NCBI GenBank assembly: GCA_964016885.1
Contig: OZ024740.1
Span: forward strand, 127,472,001-127,536,000
DNA from: Eledone cirrhosa
Lineage: Eukaryota
Length of the DNA stretch: 64,000 bases
Direction: 5' to 3'
Shown here piece after piece: positions 61,160 to 64,000 of this stretch. Below the pieces are notes generated by a model that was not told where the DNA came from, made no database searches, and was given only the letters and a program-made list of their open reading frames with translations. The stretch's first letter is position 1. Each line of letters starts with the position of its first letter. A program made the position numbers and the translations under genes.

Positions 61160-63075
61160 TATAAAATTTATATATTTTATAGATCCATCTGTTATATAGT
61201 TGTGAATGTTAAAATATGAGTTTGTTTACTATAACGTCTTAATATTTAAAGTTTTTCTTAAGAATATATCTAGAGCATAAACCGTAAAATAACCTTTTTA
61301 CATGAGTTCATTCATAGAATGCATTCAAAATTATACATTTCGATATTTATAGACCCACATATACATAGATATACATACATGGATACGCACATATACACAC
61401 ACACATATACATATATACACATACATATACAAATATACATATATATATATAAATACAAAATATATACTATAAAATAAAATAAATATGTGAGTTATAATTT
61501 TAAACAGGATTATAATTTTAAAAGGAATTACAATTTTTAAAAAGGAATTACAATTTTTTAAAAATATAATTATATAATTTTAAAAGGAATTATATTTTTA
61601 AGCAATGTAATTTTTAAGCAATATAATTCCAAAAATATGTAGCTTTTAAAAAATATATATAAGAATATATAGAAAAAACACAGTATGAAATATGTATTAT
61701 AACTTTTTATATATCCATCAGAGGAATTAACCCCAAAAAGCCTCTTTTTAAAACTTTCAGTATGTTTATCTTAATTTTTTATATATCCATTTTTTTTTAA
61801 AACTTTAAGTATGTTTATCTAGAAGAATTTTCAAGTAAAAAATGTTCCTCATTTAAGAGAGTTTTTGGCAGTCGTACGAAGGAATCTAGTGATTTATCGA
61901 TAGGTTTAATAAGATGAGCTATATATTACATTTTAAATTTATATTTAAACGTTGAAATCAATCTATGTTTGCAGCAACTGAAAAGATTGTTCCTTAGATT
62001 CACAGAATTTTTGCTCTTTAATATAAAGAATATTTCCTCTATACAAAGAGCACAATTTTCGGAAGAAGAATTGAATGGAGGAGCTTTGGGGGTAATATTC
62101 CAAAGTAAATAATCGTTAATGTTCTTTAATTTTAGGTCCCATAATAAGCTAGATGGAGAAGAATTTTTATTTATATTCGTAAAAGAGCATTTATGGTTAT
62201 TAAAACGAGATTTGAAGTCTGTGGAAGTAGAACCTATATAATTAAATGAATTTAAATTAGTTTTTACATTACTATTATATACTATATTTTTAGCTAAACA
62301 ATTGTTATTTAGCGGAGAGTTATATTTGTTTCTACAGTTACATTTATCAAAATTCAAGTTACTAGGAGCCGTGTTATTAAATTGGATATTGCTGGTGTTG
62401 TTAATGGTATTCTGGTTAGGTTTTAAGTTTCTATTATTAATTCTATTACTATTCTGCGCTAAATTACTGGTGGTTGAATAAGTTAATTTTATAGTATGTC
62501 TATTAAATATTGAGTAATATCTATGTGTTCTAGGGAAGCATTTGTCAAGAGCTTTAAAGAATAGTTTAGCTATAGGAGTTTTAATATTTAATGAGAAAGG
62601 AAGAGAGAACCATAATATATTCCTAGTTCTATTTCTTTTTTTGTTTATCGAATTATTGTAAGGTTTTCTATTATAGTTGTTAACATTGTTAAAATTATGG
62701 TTAGTTGTTATATTATTATTATTATCAATGTATTTAATTTTATTACTATATCCAGGTCTACCTAACGCTTCGTTGTAATATTGCGCTTTATCAAAAATAT
62801 TCTTATTAGCTGAAATTCTAGAAATGCGTTGCTGTACAGAATTTACTATAATATGTTTAATTGATCTGGGGTGATTGGAGTTAAAATTAACGTAGTTTAA
62901 GTTCTCGTTTAATTTGTGTAATGGATAATGAAGACATGTGTTAAGGTTTAAGGTTACAACTAGAAAGTTAACTATTTCATAATTATTCTCTATTTCTACT
63001 TTAAGATTAATGTAATTAAAAAATTGTATAATTTCTTTACTTTTCCTATTTAATTCACAGTTATTAATTCCAACA
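61160..63075 (-). mobile_element. AT-rich Naiad-type PLE 3' half plus UTR
   Basis: ORF 61926..62357 CNCRNK..PLNNNCLAKNIVY...YIGSTSTDFKSRFNNH...CALC...CKHR; upstream NFLVVTL and CFPRTHRY remnants. Confidence 0.88.
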
Positions 63076-63565
63076 AACTATTAATGGATTTGGAAAATGA
63101 AATCATCTTAATCATTCAAAACATTATATTTAAAAAAAAGACTTCATAGGCCATGATTACTTAAGAAATCTCAAAAGTAATATTGAAAACTTGGAGAAAA
63201 CGGAAAAAATTCTAGTAAAGTCGGACAAAAACAATAATATTTATGGAATGCAGAAGGATATTTATAACGATCTTATATTAAATGAATTAAGGAAAAAATA
63301 CAAAATAACAACTAATGGCGACCTTGAAAAGTTGAATACAGAGGCTTCTTACATAATGCAGGATTTAGGCATTGAAAATAGGAGACAACCCTTCATGCCA
63401 AGGAAACCAAAAATTAATATGAAGGACCACAAAAAGAAATTTGAAATTGACTTACCAGTAAGATTAATTGCACCATCTAAACCCGACCTTGGCATACTTA
63501 GCAATAACATTTTAGACAGAATAATACCACAATTTAAGGAATTATCTTATTTAAATTTTCCTGAA
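63075..63565 (+). mobile_element. Naiad-type PLE N-terminal RT fragment
   Basis: ORF 63191..63577 KSDKNNNIY...KDHKKKF..PVRLIAPSKPDLG. Confidence 0.8.
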
Positions 63566-63590
63566 CCTAGACGATGACACACTAATATCC

Positions 63591-63935
63591 ATGGGAAAGA
63601 CATCGGGTGACGCGTTCAGTGGAACGAGCCTCGAACTTGTAGTTCAAATGAGGCCCGAAAGGATCGCGCAGATCCCTGAACGCGTCATACTGGATGATCA
63701 AACTTTTATCAACATTACCGTTGAGGGTAGGCGGCCCTTGTGTTACCTCTGTGGAGCCAGAGGTCACTTGAGGGCTGTCTGTCCTCAACTTAATAAGAAA
63801 ACCACAATCCTGCCTACACCACCAACAACTGCAAAACCAACACAATCACCACAACCACCACTACAAAAACAACAACCACAGCTCAAACCAAAACAAAATA
63901 ATGTCCCCCCCCCCGCCACACCACACACACACTAA
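63591..63935 (+). mobile_element. Gag-like ORF1 fragment with CCHC zinc knuckle (non-LTR retrotransposon, L1/Tx1-like)
   Basis: INITVEGRRPLCYLCGARGHLRAVCP followed by a Pro/Gln/Thr-rich linker. Confidence 0.65.
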
Positions 63936-64000
63936 AAAAATCAATTTCCAAAACACCCGCACCGCAAACACAACCCGAAAATCTACCCCTCCCCTCCAAA

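Noticed and set aside
61310-61726. Hammerhead with a ~365-nt stem II loop in the minus-strand Naiad UTR
   Set aside because: Needs a missing A9 and a poor stem I in very AT-rich sequence, so chance pairing cannot be excluded.

Overview
AT-rich, microsatellite-saturated animal genomic DNA. The SINE types suggest a cephalopod, but that is an inference. No host gene can be supported, and most ORFs in the track are translations of (TA)n/(CA)n/(GA)n repeats. The window is mainly retroelement debris. It holds at least five Naiad-type Penelope-like element (PLE) families (RT + C-terminal GIY-YIG endonuclease), including a near-complete copy at ~20.3-24.2 kb with direct pLTR repeats. There are also Neptune-like and Nematis-like PLE 3' halves present as large inverted duplications, RTE-like LINE fragments, tRNA-derived SINEs, mariner and Helitron remnants, and a CCHC gag-like ORF1 fragment. 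The main hidden signal is RNA structure: about 20 type I hammerhead ribozyme (HHR) motifs from about 12 sequence families, read by eye. They include HHRs whose stem II is expanded into a 60-90 nt branched domain, and two non-coding tandem HHR repeats with ~320 and ~430-510 nt monomers that look like non-LTR retrozymes (possible circular RNAs). One Naiad family is present both with and precisely without a 743-nt GT-AG intron. Many PLE/HHR insertions are inverted pairs whose 3' ends face outward into (TA)n tracts. All folds are manual and untested, and element boundaries are approximate.
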